Shown in pieces: positions 28,345 to 39,020 of a stretch of DNA of 64,000 nucleotides. The position numbers and the translations under genes are program-made. A model generated the notes under the pieces. The model did no database searches. It saw only the letters and a list, made by a program, of their open reading frames with translations, and was not told the origin of the DNA. Position 1 is the first letter of the stretch, and the number at the start of each line of letters is the position of its first letter. Source of the DNA: an uncultured Candidatus Saccharibacteria bacterium (GTDB taxonomy: Bacteria; Patescibacteriota; Saccharimonadia; CAILAD01; GCA-016700035); assembly GCA_964535385.1 (NCBI GenBank), contig CAZHSY010000002.1, positions 6,939-70,938 of the forward strand, read 5' to 3'.

Positions 28345-29345
28345 GCCTGCACCTCATCAATAGTTTGTTTCTTGTAAAAGTACAGCCCGACCGGAATAAA
28401 CAGCCACAGCGCCACAATCCGATACAGTGCTGTGACCGAGAAGGCTAAATTAAACGGCAACCCTAAAGCCACAAAAACCCCCACCATCGTGGCTTCATAT
28501 ACCCCTACTCCGGCCGTAAAAATCGACAAGACTGACAGTAGTAGGGCAAAGATATAAGCCGCCCCAATAATACCTGGGTTCACTAGCTGCCCAAAAGCCA
28601 GGAAGACAATACTTATGCTTAATACTTCTGCGAAAACACACAGCAGAGCATCCAGAAAAACCTGCGCTGCTTTACGCGGACGTTTCAAGAAAACTTGGAC
28701 TAAGTCATTAAACCCATCAACAAACCGCTGAATTTCCTTAGGGCCGATAGCCGGCCGCTTGAGGATCTTCAGAGCCCAATTAATTGGTCGGGTCAGTATA
28801 TACAGCACCCGATTAAAAATCGTTTGATTGAGAGTAATTGCCGTAATGCCTAAGGCTGCAAATAATAAAAAGCTCATTACAATCAAAGTCACCCGGAAAC
28901 TCACCTGGGCAATACTATTCGAGAAGAACAAGACAACAAAGCTCAGGAGTAGCATCAAGACTATGCTTAAAAATGTTGCCATATACCAAAAAAACTGAGC
29001 TAGATACGATTCCCGAGCTGTAACTGTTTTATCTAGCCTATGCGCGAAATAGGTCGCCCCTGACAGGCCAGCCGACGGCAGGACTGTATTCACGAAGTTC
29101 ATACTTAGGACACTACCAAACAACTCTCGAAATGGTACCTTGCGTTTAAAAATCTGAAAGAAATGCTCATAGTAACGAGTATTCGACCAATAATACAAAT
29201 ACCGGGCCGGCAAGAGCAACAACAGAACCGCGATATTAACATGTTGCAAGAGCTCGACGAACTGTTCAAATTTACCAGCACTGCGCACTAACAACACACC
29301 AACCAAGATCAATGCGATAAAGAAAGCAAATTGTCGAAACTTCAT
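28341..29345 (-). CDS. lysylphosphatidylglycerol-synthase-TM-like / flippase-like (UPF0104) membrane protein
   Basis: 8 TM helices; 4-bp overlap with xseA. Confidence 0.5.
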   Translation of the reverse strand: MKFRQFAFFIALILVGVLLVRSAGKFEQFVELLQHVNIAVLLLLLPARYLYYWSNTRYYEHFFQIFKRKVPFRELFGSVLSMNFVNTVLPSAGLSGATYFAHRLDKTVTARESYLAQFFWYMATFLSIVLMLLLSFVVLFFSNSIAQVSFRVTLIVMSFLLFAALGITAITLNQTIFNRVLYILTRPINWALKILKRPAIGPKEIQRFVDGFNDLVQVFLKRPRKAAQVFLDALLCVFAEVLSISIVFLAFGQLVNPGIIGAAYIFALLLSVLSIFTAGVGVYEATMVGVFVALGLPFNLAFSVTALYRIVALWLFIPVGLYFYKKQTIDEVQA

Positions 29346-29519
29346 ACTTACCAGTCTACCCTCCTTATAAGGACTGTGCTACCTAGAGACTATACGTGTT
29401 CGTCTCTCAGAACTCACTCCTGGCGGCCCTCAGAGTAGGTCTGTCTCAACTCTGTAAGTACGACTTCGAATCTAGAGTAAGTATCGAGATATTCGCTACA
29501 AATGCTATAATCATGAGCC

Positions 29520-30692
29520 ATGCAACCCCCTTCATCATCTACTTGGTTTGCCGTACTCGGTCGCGAGCAGACGCTAGCCTACGCCGAACTGGCAGCCGTG
29601 ACTGGCTCAGACACACTCCAGCGCTTCGAGCAAGTTGTTTGCGGTACCGATGCCCAGCCCGATTGGCAACACATTGGTGGCGTTATTCGAAGTGGGCAGG
29701 TTTTGGCTACTCACGGAGCTGGGCTTAATGCTGTCATGACCGCCATCCAAGATCGACTCACAGCCGACCAGGCTACAGGCAAAATTAACCTGGGCGTAAG
29801 CTTTGTTACTCCAGCCATCAAGCCTCACCAAGTCCAAGGCTTCGGCAAGCAGCTGAAGACCCACCTCAAAGCAGCTGGATTCAACATTCGCGTCGTCCCG
29901 GCTCGAGCCGGCACCAGCCTGAATAGTGCTCAAGTGCAATACAATAAGCTCCTCGGTCCACACTATGAATTCTGTCTGTGGCGCGATGAGACTGGTTGGC
30001 AACTCGGCCGCACTACCTGGATCCAAGATATTGAGGGCTACACCCAACGCGACCGAGGCCGGCCAGCCCGCGATGCTCGAGTCGGTATGTTGCCACCGAA
30101 GCTGGCTCAGATGATGATCAACCTAGCTGCTGTACCCATCAGTACCACCTTGTATGATCCGTTCTGCGGAACTGGCGTACTGCTCCTCGAAGGCCTCGAG
30201 CAAGGACTCAAGGTAGCTGGCAGCGATAAGGCAGCTGATATGGTAGCCGCCACGCAAACCAACTTAGCCTGGTGGTATGAGAAGCATGAAACAGCTGTGC
30301 CAAGCCCCCTGCCTGTCACTGAGCAGGACGCCCTCAGGCTCCGACTGCCAGATGAATCAGTCATTATTGTAGCTGAAGGCTATCTCGGACGAGTCGATCT
30401 CAAACAAACCCAAGCTTCGGCTCAACAGATCGAAGCTGAAGCCAAGCGAATGGATCAATTCTATCGGACTGTGCTGACCCATTGGCGTAACCTATCTCAG
30501 ATTAACGGCATCATCTTAGCGCTACCATTCTGGAGTTTTCAAGGGCGGCGCTTCAGGTTAGAGCTACTTGACGATCTGGGGTCTTTAGGGTACACTGGTA
30601 GCCAGTTTGTCGGTACCAACCGACGCGAGCTCACCTATCATCGACCTGACCAAATCGTTGGGCGTATGATAGTCAAGCTCACACCACACTAG
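29520..30692 (+). CDS. class I SAM-dependent (RNA/N6-adenine type) methyltransferase
   Basis: DPFCGTGVLLLEG glycine-rich SAM motif following an N-terminal THUMP-like region. Confidence 0.5.
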   Translation: MQPPSSSTWFAVLGREQTLAYAELAAVTGSDTLQRFEQVVCGTDAQPDWQHIGGVIRSGQVLATHGAGLNAVMTAIQDRLTADQATGKINLGVSFVTPAIKPHQVQGFGKQLKTHLKAAGFNIRVVPARAGTSLNSAQVQYNKLLGPHYEFCLWRDETGWQLGRTTWIQDIEGYTQRDRGRPARDARVGMLPPKLAQMMINLAAVPISTTLYDPFCGTGVLLLEGLEQGLKVAGSDKAADMVAATQTNLAWWYEKHETAVPSPLPVTEQDALRLRLPDESVIIVAEGYLGRVDLKQTQASAQQIEAEAKRMDQFYRTVLTHWRNLSQINGIILALPFWSFQGRRFRLELLDDLGSLGYTGSQFVGTNRRELTYHRPDQIVGRMIVKLTPH

Positions 30693-30722
30693 TATTAATT
30701 TCTCTATAAGGAAGTCTCTCGT

Positions 30723-31007
30723 ATGTCAAAGACAAAGGCCGGTGGTTCAACTAAGAACGGACGCGATTCAAGCGGTCGTCGTCTTGGTGTAAAGCTTTTC
30801 GGTGGCCAAGCCGCCCAGACTGGTGACATTATTCTCCGCCAGCGTGGTGAGCGCTACGTAGCTGGACCTAACACCTTTCTCGGAAATGACTACACCATCC
30901 ACGCTGCCACTGACGGCGTAGTCAGTTTCCGACAAATTCGTCGTGAACGCTTTACCGGCGCGACTCACCGTAAAACAGTTGTTTCTATCGAAGTCCCCGC
31001 AGTCTAG
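30723..31007 (+). CDS. rpmA: 50S ribosomal protein L27
   Basis: MSKTKAGGSTKNGRDSSGRRLGVKLFGGQ.. is the canonical L27 N-terminus. Confidence 0.9.
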   Translation: MSKTKAGGSTKNGRDSSGRRLGVKLFGGQAAQTGDIILRQRGERYVAGPNTFLGNDYTIHAATDGVVSFRQIRRERFTGATHRKTVVSIEVPAV

Positions 31008-31030
31008 ACCCACTCAGCAAATCAAAAAAG

Positions 31031-31061
31031 CTCCCTATCTCGACGCACAGGGAGTTTTTTG
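31031..31061 (+). terminator. rho-independent terminator (bidirectional)
   Basis: ctccct..agggag stem followed by tttttt and preceded by aaaaaa. Confidence 0.6.
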
Positions 31062-31075
31062 ATTGTAACCTCAGA

Positions 31076-31504
31076 CTAAGCAGCTGGCTGGGCTGGTTCA
31101 GTCGCCGGAGCGCCCTTATCAGTCATACCGAGGTGCTTTTTCACAATGTGCACGACATCCGCCATAGCCACCTGGCTCTTCACGATGTAATCATCAACGC
31201 CGAGAGCTTTGGCTTTCTGAATATCCTTATCACTTGAGAGAGCTGACATCATAATCACCTTGGCATGCTGCGTCTCTGGTGTATTACGTAATATATCGAG
31301 TACGTCAAAGCCTGACACGCGCGGCATCATTACATCCAGCAGGATGAGATCCGGCTTGGTTTCAAGCACCTTAGCTAGAGCCTCTTCACCATTCATTGCC
31401 CAAGCTGTCTCGAAGCCTTCAGTCTGAAACCGAGCCTGATAGACCTGTGCCAGCTCGTCGTCATCTTCTACCAAGAGAATCTTGGGACTTTTATTCATAA
31501 CCAT
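31076..31504 (-). CDS. single-domain response regulator (CheY-like receiver)
   Basis: ILLVEDD, LILLDVMMP (phospho-Asp) and a later conserved K. Confidence 0.7.
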   Translation of the reverse strand: MVMNKSPKILLVEDDDELAQVYQARFQTEGFETAWAMNGEEALAKVLETKPDLILLDVMMPRVSGFDVLDILRNTPETQHAKVIMMSALSSDKDIQKAKALGVDDYIVKSQVAMADVVHIVKKHLGMTDKGAPATEPAQPAA

Positions 31505-31512
31505 ATTATTTA

Positions 31513-33162
31513 CTACCCTCTCTTATGTTCTTTCACAACTGAATCTATTGTAACCGAGCGTTCAGATACACGCAAAGTCGAAGCCGCTGACTCGATCAGA
31601 CCACGGAACAGCGGATGGGGTCGGCCAGGACGTGACAAAAACTCCGGATGATACTGACTGGCAATATAGTACGGATGGTCAGTCAGTTCGACCGTCTCAA
31701 CTAAGCGCCCCTTGTGCGAGGTGCCAGCAAAAACTAAACCCTTTGCCGCCAGGAGTTCTCGATACTCATTATTCACCTCATAGCGATGGCGATGCCGCTC
31801 GACGATCTCAGTACTACCATACAGTCGCGCGGCCAAGGAATCACCGATGAGCTCCGTATCATAGTCACCAAGGCGCATCGTACCGCCCAAGGGCACACCG
31901 AGCTGATCGGGCATGATGTGCACCACAGGATGCGGAGCGGATTGATTGAACTCGGTCGAGTGAGCTTGATTCAAATTAGCTACATTGCGCGCGAACTCAA
32001 TCACCGCTACTTGAAGACCGAGACAGATGCCCAAATATGGCAGGCTATTCTCACGGGCGTATTGGGCAGCCAGGATCTTCCCTTCAACACCACGGGCGCC
32101 AAAACCACCTGGTACTAGGATGCCGTCCAAGGCGGCCAGTGGCTTGAGAGATTTTACTAACTGCTCGGCATCGACCCAAGTGATATCAACATCATAGTCG
32201 GCCGCCCAGGCAGCTGCACGGAGCGCCTCTACGACCGACTTGTATGTATCTTCATGGTCGAGATACTTAGCCACCACACCGATACTGATAACCGGCTTCT
32301 GCGAAATAATCTTCTCATATAGGTTCTGCCAGGCAGATAAATCTGGCGCCTTCTTAGTTAGTCCGAGCCGGCGGCAAATGTAATCACCGATCCCCGACTC
32401 CTCTACACGCAGTGGTATCTGATAGACCGTCTTGACGGTCGGCAAGGCTACGATGGCTTCCTTATCAACATCAGTGTAGAGCGAGAGCTTCTCAAATACA
32501 CTGGCACGGACCTCATGGTCAGTCCGCACACCGAGAATATCAGGTTGGATGCCAGCCTCGCGCAGATCGCGGACTGAGTTCTGGGCTGGCTTGGTTTTGA
32601 CTTCTTTACTAGCAGCAATATAGGGCAGGAAGACAACATGCACATAGAGCACATTATCAGCCCCCACTCGGCGCTTAAACTGGCGAATCGCCTCAATGAC
32701 GGCCAGTGATTCATAATCACCAATTGTCCCACCAACCTCGCAAATATGAACATCAAAGTCCTTGCTGGCATCTAAAATGCGGCGCTGATACTCATCGGTG
32801 ATATGTGGGATCACCTGTACTGTCTTACCAAGATAGACGCCATCACGTTCGTCAGCGAAGACCTTACTATATACCTGGCCACTCATAACTGAGCTGCGTT
32901 GAGTCAGCTCTTGATCTAAAAACCGCTCATAATGACCCAGATCCAAATCCGTCTCACCGCCGTCTTTGGTGACAAAGACCTCACCATGCTCAGCTGGGTT
33001 CAATGTACCAGCGTCAAAATTAAAATACGGGTCCATCTTCTGAATGTTGACCCGTAGTCCGCGTGCTTTAAGAATTGCGCCGATCGAAGCTGCCGTAATA
33101 CCCTTACCTGATCCCGAAACCACTCCACCGGTAACAAAAATATATTTAGTTTGTTTTGACAC
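31513..33162 (-). CDS. pyrG: CTP synthase
   Basis: N-terminal synthetase domain KYIFVTGGVVSGSGKG and C-terminal glutaminase domain GICLG..H..YH. Confidence 0.92.
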   Translation of the reverse strand: MSKQTKYIFVTGGVVSGSGKGITAASIGAILKARGLRVNIQKMDPYFNFDAGTLNPAEHGEVFVTKDGGETDLDLGHYERFLDQELTQRSSVMSGQVYSKVFADERDGVYLGKTVQVIPHITDEYQRRILDASKDFDVHICEVGGTIGDYESLAVIEAIRQFKRRVGADNVLYVHVVFLPYIAASKEVKTKPAQNSVRDLREAGIQPDILGVRTDHEVRASVFEKLSLYTDVDKEAIVALPTVKTVYQIPLRVEESGIGDYICRRLGLTKKAPDLSAWQNLYEKIISQKPVISIGVVAKYLDHEDTYKSVVEALRAAAWAADYDVDITWVDAEQLVKSLKPLAALDGILVPGGFGARGVEGKILAAQYARENSLPYLGICLGLQVAVIEFARNVANLNQAHSTEFNQSAPHPVVHIMPDQLGVPLGGTMRLGDYDTELIGDSLAARLYGSTEIVERHRHRYEVNNEYRELLAAKGLVFAGTSHKGRLVETVELTDHPYYIASQYHPEFLSRPGRPHPLFRGLIESAASTLRVSERSVTIDSVVKEHKRG

Positions 33163-33194
33163 CCTCGCCCTCCTTATTATCTCTCAGTCTAAGC

Positions 33195-33350
33195 CACTTA
33201 TGGTACAGTCGGCAAGTATCTACGCGGCTTATTTCTGGTGATGCTGAGTGATATTTATCATCGAGGAACGCAGTAGGGCGTATATGCAAATTACGGTGTC
33301 GAGTGCCGGAGAAGAAAATGCCGCTCAGCGCGCTCTAGGGTGGGCGGCCT
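33195..33350. repeat. dispersed intergenic element copy E5 (lacks leading hairpin)
   Basis: ggtgatgctgagtga..ggaacgcagtagggcgtatatgcaaattacggtgtcgagtgccgg..cagcgcgctc. Confidence 0.5.
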
Positions 33351-34543
33351 TAAGAGCGAGCTAGTTCCAAAGCCTTGTTGAGCTGCGGATCTTGATCCGC
33401 ATTATAATCCTCATTCGTCAGCTTCACTTCCACATCCGGCTTAATACCTTCCTTAGATATGTTGACGCCATTTGGGGTGTACCAGTGAGCGACCGTGATC
33501 TTCACCTGACCGCCGCTATCGAGCGGTTTCACTTCTTGGACACTTCCCTTACCGAAGCTCTTCTCGCCAACTAGCGTGGCGCGACCTTGGTCCTTGAGGG
33601 CGCCGGCTACAATTTCGGAAGCCGAGGCTGAGCCGCCGTTAATAAGTACAATCAGTTTTACGTTCGTCAGATTACCACCTGGATTAGCTACGAGCTTACG
33701 AGATTCAAAGTGGCGAGAGCGCTCTTCGACGACCGTGCCAGAAGCTAAGAATTCTGAGCTAACCGAGACAGCGCTATCAAGATACCCGCCAGGATTGTCG
33801 CGTAAGTCCAGGACAACTGACTTCACACCCTTGTTCGCCAGGTCAGTCGCTGCCGTTCGAATAGCTTGATCGGTATCATCACCAAAACGGCGCAACCGGA
33901 TGTAACCAACATTACCATCCTTAATCTCACTTTTGACGCTCGATACTTGAATGACCTGACGTTGAATCTCAAGTTCAATTGGCTTATCAGTACCACGTAT
34001 AACAGTAAGTTTTACGCTTGTGCCTTCCTGTCCGCGGATTTTCTTGACGGCTTCGTCGAGCGTTAATTGGCTGCTATCTTGCCCGTCAATCAAAGCGATC
34101 ACGTCACCCGATCGCAAGCCAGCTTTAGCGGCCGGTGTATCGTCAATCGGCGAGATAACTGTCAGCCGATTATTCTTCAGGCCGACTTCGACACCGATGC
34201 CAGAGAGCTTACCCTGCAAATCATCGCTCAAGGCCTGGGCTTCACTCTTATCGAGAAAGACCGTATATGGGTCGCCTAGACTCGCAACCAGCCCTCGAAT
34301 CTGACCTTCAGACAGCTTTTGCGGATCAACATCGCCATCGAAATTATTCTTAAGTAACTGTTGGACATGGCCTATTTCGGCGGCGTTCACCCCATTTTGT
34401 CGTATCCAGCCATAGGTGCGACCAAACCAACCACCAGCCCCACCGATGAGGATACCGATGACCAGGAAAAGGCCCAAGAGGAGATGACTGGACTGCTGCC
34501 ACTGACGGGCTAACCAGCCTTTGCGGGATTTCTGTTCTTTCAT
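33350..34543 (-). CDS. ctpA: carboxyl-terminal processing protease (S41 family)
   Basis: PDZ domain and S41 catalytic region GGSASASEI..K; N-terminal TM. Confidence 0.8.
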   Translation of the reverse strand: MKEQKSRKGWLARQWQQSSHLLLGLFLVIGILIGGAGGWFGRTYGWIRQNGVNAAEIGHVQQLLKNNFDGDVDPQKLSEGQIRGLVASLGDPYTVFLDKSEAQALSDDLQGKLSGIGVEVGLKNNRLTVISPIDDTPAAKAGLRSGDVIALIDGQDSSQLTLDEAVKKIRGQEGTSVKLTVIRGTDKPIELEIQRQVIQVSSVKSEIKDGNVGYIRLRRFGDDTDQAIRTAATDLANKGVKSVVLDLRDNPGGYLDSAVSVSSEFLASGTVVEERSRHFESRKLVANPGGNLTNVKLIVLINGGSASASEIVAGALKDQGRATLVGEKSFGKGSVQEVKPLDSGGQVKITVAHWYTPNGVNISKEGIKPDVEVKLTNEDYNADQDPQLNKALELARS

Positions 34544-34649
34544 TGCATCTATTGTACCGTGTTCGGACAGCCTCTTGAAGTTCTTTCTAGTCTGACATGC
34601 AAAACTGAGAGCTGACTGAGATTAGAAGTTAGTTTGCGCATTGCCGACC

Positions 34650-34840
34650 AGGCCTTGAAGCCAAGACCTGGCCTGACGGAGAAACCAGCGCCCAACCACC
34701 CCATGCTTGCGTCGAGTCATCTTTGGGTGATGCTGGTAAGTACTTATCGTTGAGGAGCACAGACAGGCGTATATAATTACGGTGATTGTGCACCATAAAC
34801 GAAAATACTTATCCAGCACTCCCAGAGTGGGCCGCCACTA
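34650..34840. repeat. dispersed intergenic element copy E3
   Basis: degenerate hairpin ccaggccttg-aag-ccaagacctgg + gagaaaccagcgcccaaccac + ggtgatgctggtaagta + gcgtatataattacggtg. Confidence 0.55.
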
Positions 34841-35959
34841 GTGAATGAAAACCAAGGCCGAAGCGGGCCAGATAGACTGTGAGTACCGCCCATCCCAATT
34901 AGCATTAAACTCCGACACCACCACCGACTGGCCGTTATTCACCACCCCCTCCACAATCATAACGTGACCATATTCACCAGCTGTATAGACGCCAATAGCA
35001 CCGACTTCGGGCTTATCATCGACTTGAATAGAGAAAAGTTTAGCCCAGTTTGGCCAATCCTTGGCATTAGCCGGCCCGAGAAATCCCCAAGCTTGGATTG
35101 GTTTACCTAGCTGCGCCCGGCGCCAGGCAGCATAGCTCGTACACTGCCGATAATAGAATCCCCAAGGATCGACGCCCATACTTGGAAATGGTTCAGCTGA
35201 AGCCCAAGGATATTCCGAGGTTAATGAGTAGTTACGCCCAGCGCTCTGCGCCATAACAGCTGCCGACTGCTGAGCCCGCAAAACCTCCAACTTTTGCTTA
35301 TCACCACTCACAAGAGCCTGGTAAAGTTGCTCCTCACCGTGGGTTTTATCGAGAATCTCTTGAATATCGGCCTGCTTTTTCGAGATCGACTTAATAGCTA
35401 GTTGCTCCTCTTGCTCGCGAATCGCCAACTGATTACCTAAAGTATCAAGTGTCTTCCGTGTCTCGCGAATGGTTTTCAGCGTGCCGTCAATTTTCTGTCG
35501 CATGGAGCTGTAATACTCTTGGCGACCAACGAACTCGCTTAAATTCGTGGAGCTAGCCAGCACTTCTAGTATGCTCATATTGCCATTTTTATAGAACGAA
35601 GCAATGTTTTGTCCAAGTAAGTTTTCTTGCTCACTCAGCTTTATCTGATTTTCCGACTGCTGCTGCCGTATCCGTTGAAGTCTTAAACGGGTTACATCCA
35701 GATTCCCCTGAGTAGCCTTCAAGTCAGCTTGAGCCACTACCATATAATTACTGAGTGTATCGGCCTCAGCTGACTTTTGATTAGCGATTGCCTGATTCTC
35801 GGATATCTGCTTGGTCACGGCATCAATGAGGGGCTGAATCTCGTCAGCTCGCGCAGATTTATGATGCCAACTAAAAACCGCCGCTCCGGCACCAGCTAAA
35901 AGCAGGAGGAGACTGAAGATAAAAACGTGTCTTTTTGTTTGTCTTTTCATGATTGCCAT
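34838..35959 (-). CDS. PcsB-like coiled-coil + CHAP-domain peptidoglycan hydrolase
   Basis: signal peptide, about 200-aa coiled-coil, C-terminal CHAP (CTSYAAWRR..GHVMIVEGV). Confidence 0.6.
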   Translation of the reverse strand: MAIMKRQTKRHVFIFSLLLLLAGAGAAVFSWHHKSARADEIQPLIDAVTKQISENQAIANQKSAEADTLSNYMVVAQADLKATQGNLDVTRLRLQRIRQQQSENQIKLSEQENLLGQNIASFYKNGNMSILEVLASSTNLSEFVGRQEYYSSMRQKIDGTLKTIRETRKTLDTLGNQLAIREQEEQLAIKSISKKQADIQEILDKTHGEEQLYQALVSGDKQKLEVLRAQQSAAVMAQSAGRNYSLTSEYPWASAEPFPSMGVDPWGFYYRQCTSYAAWRRAQLGKPIQAWGFLGPANAKDWPNWAKLFSIQVDDKPEVGAIGVYTAGEYGHVMIVEGVVNNGQSVVVSEFNANWDGRYSQSIWPASALVFIH

Positions 35960-36002
35960 TCAAGCTGGCGCTATTGATAGAGCATCGGTAGCCGGTCTCG
36001 TT

Positions 36003-37088
36003 CTATTTCACGAAGCGTACACCCTGATAGTTAGTCGGGATACTACGCACCGAATATACGCCTGGGGCACCGTAGTTATACTCACTCACCGTCATCATTC
36101 CACCACTAACACTCTCTACGATCGCCACGTGACCATATAGATAACCAGGCCCGTACGGCCAGACCGCAATATCACCATAAGCAGGTGAGCTGCTATTCGC
36201 TCGAGAGTACCAACTACCAGCATTTCCCCAATACATCGGCACCGAGCGACCAATTGATGAGCGTTTCCAGGCCGCATAGCTCACACATTCGCGATTGTAA
36301 TAACCCCAAGGATCAACCAAGCTATCTTGCCCGGCATTACAGAGATAGCCAGGGTAGCCACCGCCACATGGCGCGCCGCCACTGTAGCTGCCGCCGGTTG
36401 AACGAGAGCGAGCAATTTCAGCCGCTCGAGCAGCATAGACCGCATTGAGTTGAGTCTGGTTTTGCTTCACAAGTGTCTGGTAAGCGGACTCTTGTCCACG
36501 AGTCTGAGTTAACAGCGCCTGTTGCTCACTGCGTTTAGCAGCGATATCAGCGACTTGGGCTTTTTCATCTTCTGCTCGAGTAGCCAGCTGGGCGTTCTTT
36601 TCTTCCAGCTGTTGCTTGAGAGTAGTAATTTTGGCAATTGAGTCCTGAATCTTATTCTTAACATCTTCCATGTACTGCTGTTTACCAACGAAATCACTCA
36701 GATTCTCGCTCGAAGCCAAGATCTCGATCGGGGTCACGTCTCTATCCTTATACATGGTCTGGATGTTCTGGCGCAGATTGTCGGTTTGCTTATTCAGCTC
36801 AGCGGTTTGAGCCACGATCTCAGCCTGGGTCTGACTAATCTCAGCCCGTGTCTTCTCCAGAGCAGCTTGAGCACCATTAATCTCAGCAGTGAGAGCCGCT
36901 ACTTTATTGGCCAGAGTATCCCCCTCGGCTCGCTTTTGATTAGCGGCCTGCTGGTTAGCTTGGATCTGGCTATTGAGTGCATTAATCTGAGAATTATAAT
37001 CAGCCGCTAAAGCCACCGGTGCAACACCGAGTAACAGAAGTACCCAGAAAGCTATGAGTGTTTGTTTTAGTCGTAAGGCTATCTTCAA
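36003..37088 (-). CDS. PcsB-like coiled-coil + CHAP-domain peptidoglycan hydrolase (paralog)
   Basis: same architecture; CHAP CVSYAAWKR..GHVAIVESV. Confidence 0.6.
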   Translation of the reverse strand: MKIALRLKQTLIAFWVLLLLGVAPVALAADYNSQINALNSQIQANQQAANQKRAEGDTLANKVAALTAEINGAQAALEKTRAEISQTQAEIVAQTAELNKQTDNLRQNIQTMYKDRDVTPIEILASSENLSDFVGKQQYMEDVKNKIQDSIAKITTLKQQLEEKNAQLATRAEDEKAQVADIAAKRSEQQALLTQTRGQESAYQTLVKQNQTQLNAVYAARAAEIARSRSTGGSYSGGAPCGGGYPGYLCNAGQDSLVDPWGYYNRECVSYAAWKRSSIGRSVPMYWGNAGSWYSRANSSSPAYGDIAVWPYGPGYLYGHVAIVESVSGGMMTVSEYNYGAPGVYSVRSIPTNYQGVRFVK

Positions 37089-37158
37089 GCCGGATCCCCT
37101 CCTTTAGGCGTGAGTCTGTATTTTAACAGTGCTTGGGTCTTAGTATACAACGATATTG

Positions 37159-38070
37159 CTAGAGCTTCAAATGTCGAGAGATGGCCATAAAGCTCGAGAC
37201 GATCCCAATAAAAATACCAAGGGTATACATAGCTAGTGTCACTAGGATTAAGCGATCTGAGACGAAGGCTAGAACATCGGCTGCATTGAAGTAGCTGACG
37301 AACAACGGTCGAGCAAAATTAATCAGTGGAAAAGCAATCGCGATAGCAATCGTCGCCCCAATAATCCCATACATCGCACCTTCCACCAGGAACGGTCCAC
37401 GAATAAACCACTTGGTACCACCGACTAGCTTCATAATCTCAATCTCCTCGCGGCGAGTGAAGATCGCCATGCGAATAGTATTGAAGATAATCAATAATGA
37501 AATTATCAAGAAGGCCAACGAGATAATCGTACCGACGTTACTGACGGCGCGCGAGATAGATACGATCCGCTCCACAATCTTCTTACGAATATCGCTATCG
37601 TCTATGCTCGAAGATGCAATAATCGACGATTGCTTCGAGTCTTTAATCTGTTGATTGAGCCCTTCGAGATTCTCAAGCTCCCTGGTACGAACCTCAACAG
37701 AGGCTGGTAAAGGATTGCCAATATCCTTAGCGGTCTTAGCCAGCTTCTCGCCGTCCTTGGAGCTTTTCCGCAGCCGCTCAAGCGCATCGTCTTTTGAGAC
37801 ATACGTGACTCCACGAACATTTTCTAGAGCTATGATGTCCGTTTTAAGCTGATTAATTTGATCAGGCGAGGCATCATCTTTTAAGAAAATTGTCAGATCA
37901 ATCTTGTCTTTGACGGCCTGCAATTGATTCTGTAGGAAGAGAGCCGAAAATGCGAAGAAAGCCACAATTACCAGCGTAATCACCATGATCGCCGTAGCCG
38001 CTATCGACAGCCAAGCGTGCCGGAAGAGATTACGAAAACCAGTCTTAAATACCCTCCAGAACGTAATCAT
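37159..38070 (-). CDS. ftsX: cell division permease FtsX
   Basis: 4-TM FtsX topology with large extracellular loop; conserved N-terminal FRNLFRH. Confidence 0.8.
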   Translation of the reverse strand: MITFWRVFKTGFRNLFRHAWLSIAATAIMVITLVIVAFFAFSALFLQNQLQAVKDKIDLTIFLKDDASPDQINQLKTDIIALENVRGVTYVSKDDALERLRKSSKDGEKLAKTAKDIGNPLPASVEVRTRELENLEGLNQQIKDSKQSSIIASSSIDDSDIRKKIVERIVSISRAVSNVGTIISLAFLIISLLIIFNTIRMAIFTRREEIEIMKLVGGTKWFIRGPFLVEGAMYGIIGATIAIAIAFPLINFARPLFVSYFNAADVLAFVSDRLILVTLAMYTLGIFIGIVSSFMAISRHLKL

Positions 38071-38233
38071 ACTGAAAGCACCTCAAATCCCCGGGCATAG
38101 CTCAAACTCTCAGCTCGAGGCGAGTTCAAGGCAGCGCCAAGGAACGGAGTAAGACGTACACGGTAGTACGGCGCACGAGTACCGGCGGCGCTAACGCCGA
38201 AATCACCCAAGCTTTGTGCTGCCAATGAAGTCC

Positions 38234-38938
38234 TCACAATATATATCTCCCGATTTTTTCGTCTTTCGCGACGCGTCCTCGCTGCACAGTCACCACTCGC
38301 CGCTTCAGGGCATTCACGATCTCTTTATTATGTGTTGTGAGCAAAACCGTCGTCCCAAACTTATTAATCTTCAAAAGAAGCTCAATAATGTCCCAGGAGT
38401 TCTTTGGGTCGAGGTTACCAGTTGGCTCATCGGCGATCAGAATCTTTGGATTACGTACCAAAGCCCGCGCAATTGCCACCCGCTGCTTTTCGCCACCGGA
38501 TATTTCGGAAGGGTAGTTATTAGCCTTCTCGGCCAGACCAACTAGCTGCAAAATTTTCGGTACAGCCCGCTTAATCTCAGCCGTACGTACACCACTGACC
38601 TCGAGTGCGAAAGCTACATTCTCGTATACGGTCAGATTGGGCAGCAATTTGAAGTCCTGAAAAACCACTCCGATACGCCGCCGCAGATGCGGGATATTGG
38701 CCTTCGTAATGGTGTCATAGTCAATACTACCGACGATAATCTTTCCGCTCGTCGGCACTTCTTCCTTTATGAGTAATCGAATTAACGTAGACTTACCAGC
38801 TCCCGATGCCCCAACGATGGTTACAAATTCCTTCGGTTGGACATGTAGACTGACACCCGATAGTGCCACAGTCTTATTGGGATACATGACAGTTACGCGG
38901 TCTAGCAGTATCACGTACACCCATTGTAACAAATTCAA
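38234..38938 (-). CDS. ftsE: cell division ATP-binding protein FtsE
   Basis: Walker A GASGAGKST, ABC signature ISGGEKQR, Walker B ILIADEP. Confidence 0.88.
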   Translation of the reverse strand: MNLLQWVYVILLDRVTVMYPNKTVALSGVSLHVQPKEFVTIVGASGAGKSTLIRLLIKEEVPTSGKIIVGSIDYDTITKANIPHLRRRIGVVFQDFKLLPNLTVYENVAFALEVSGVRTAEIKRAVPKILQLVGLAEKANNYPSEISGGEKQRVAIARALVRNPKILIADEPTGNLDPKNSWDIIELLLKINKFGTTVLLTTHNKEIVNALKRRVVTVQRGRVAKDEKIGRYIL

Positions 38939-39020
38939 GCCGCTCGCGCTTATGAGACTTTTTGATAATGACTACGATTCAGTAGGAAGCTTAAGCACGA
39001 GTCGTGTACAATAAAATTCT

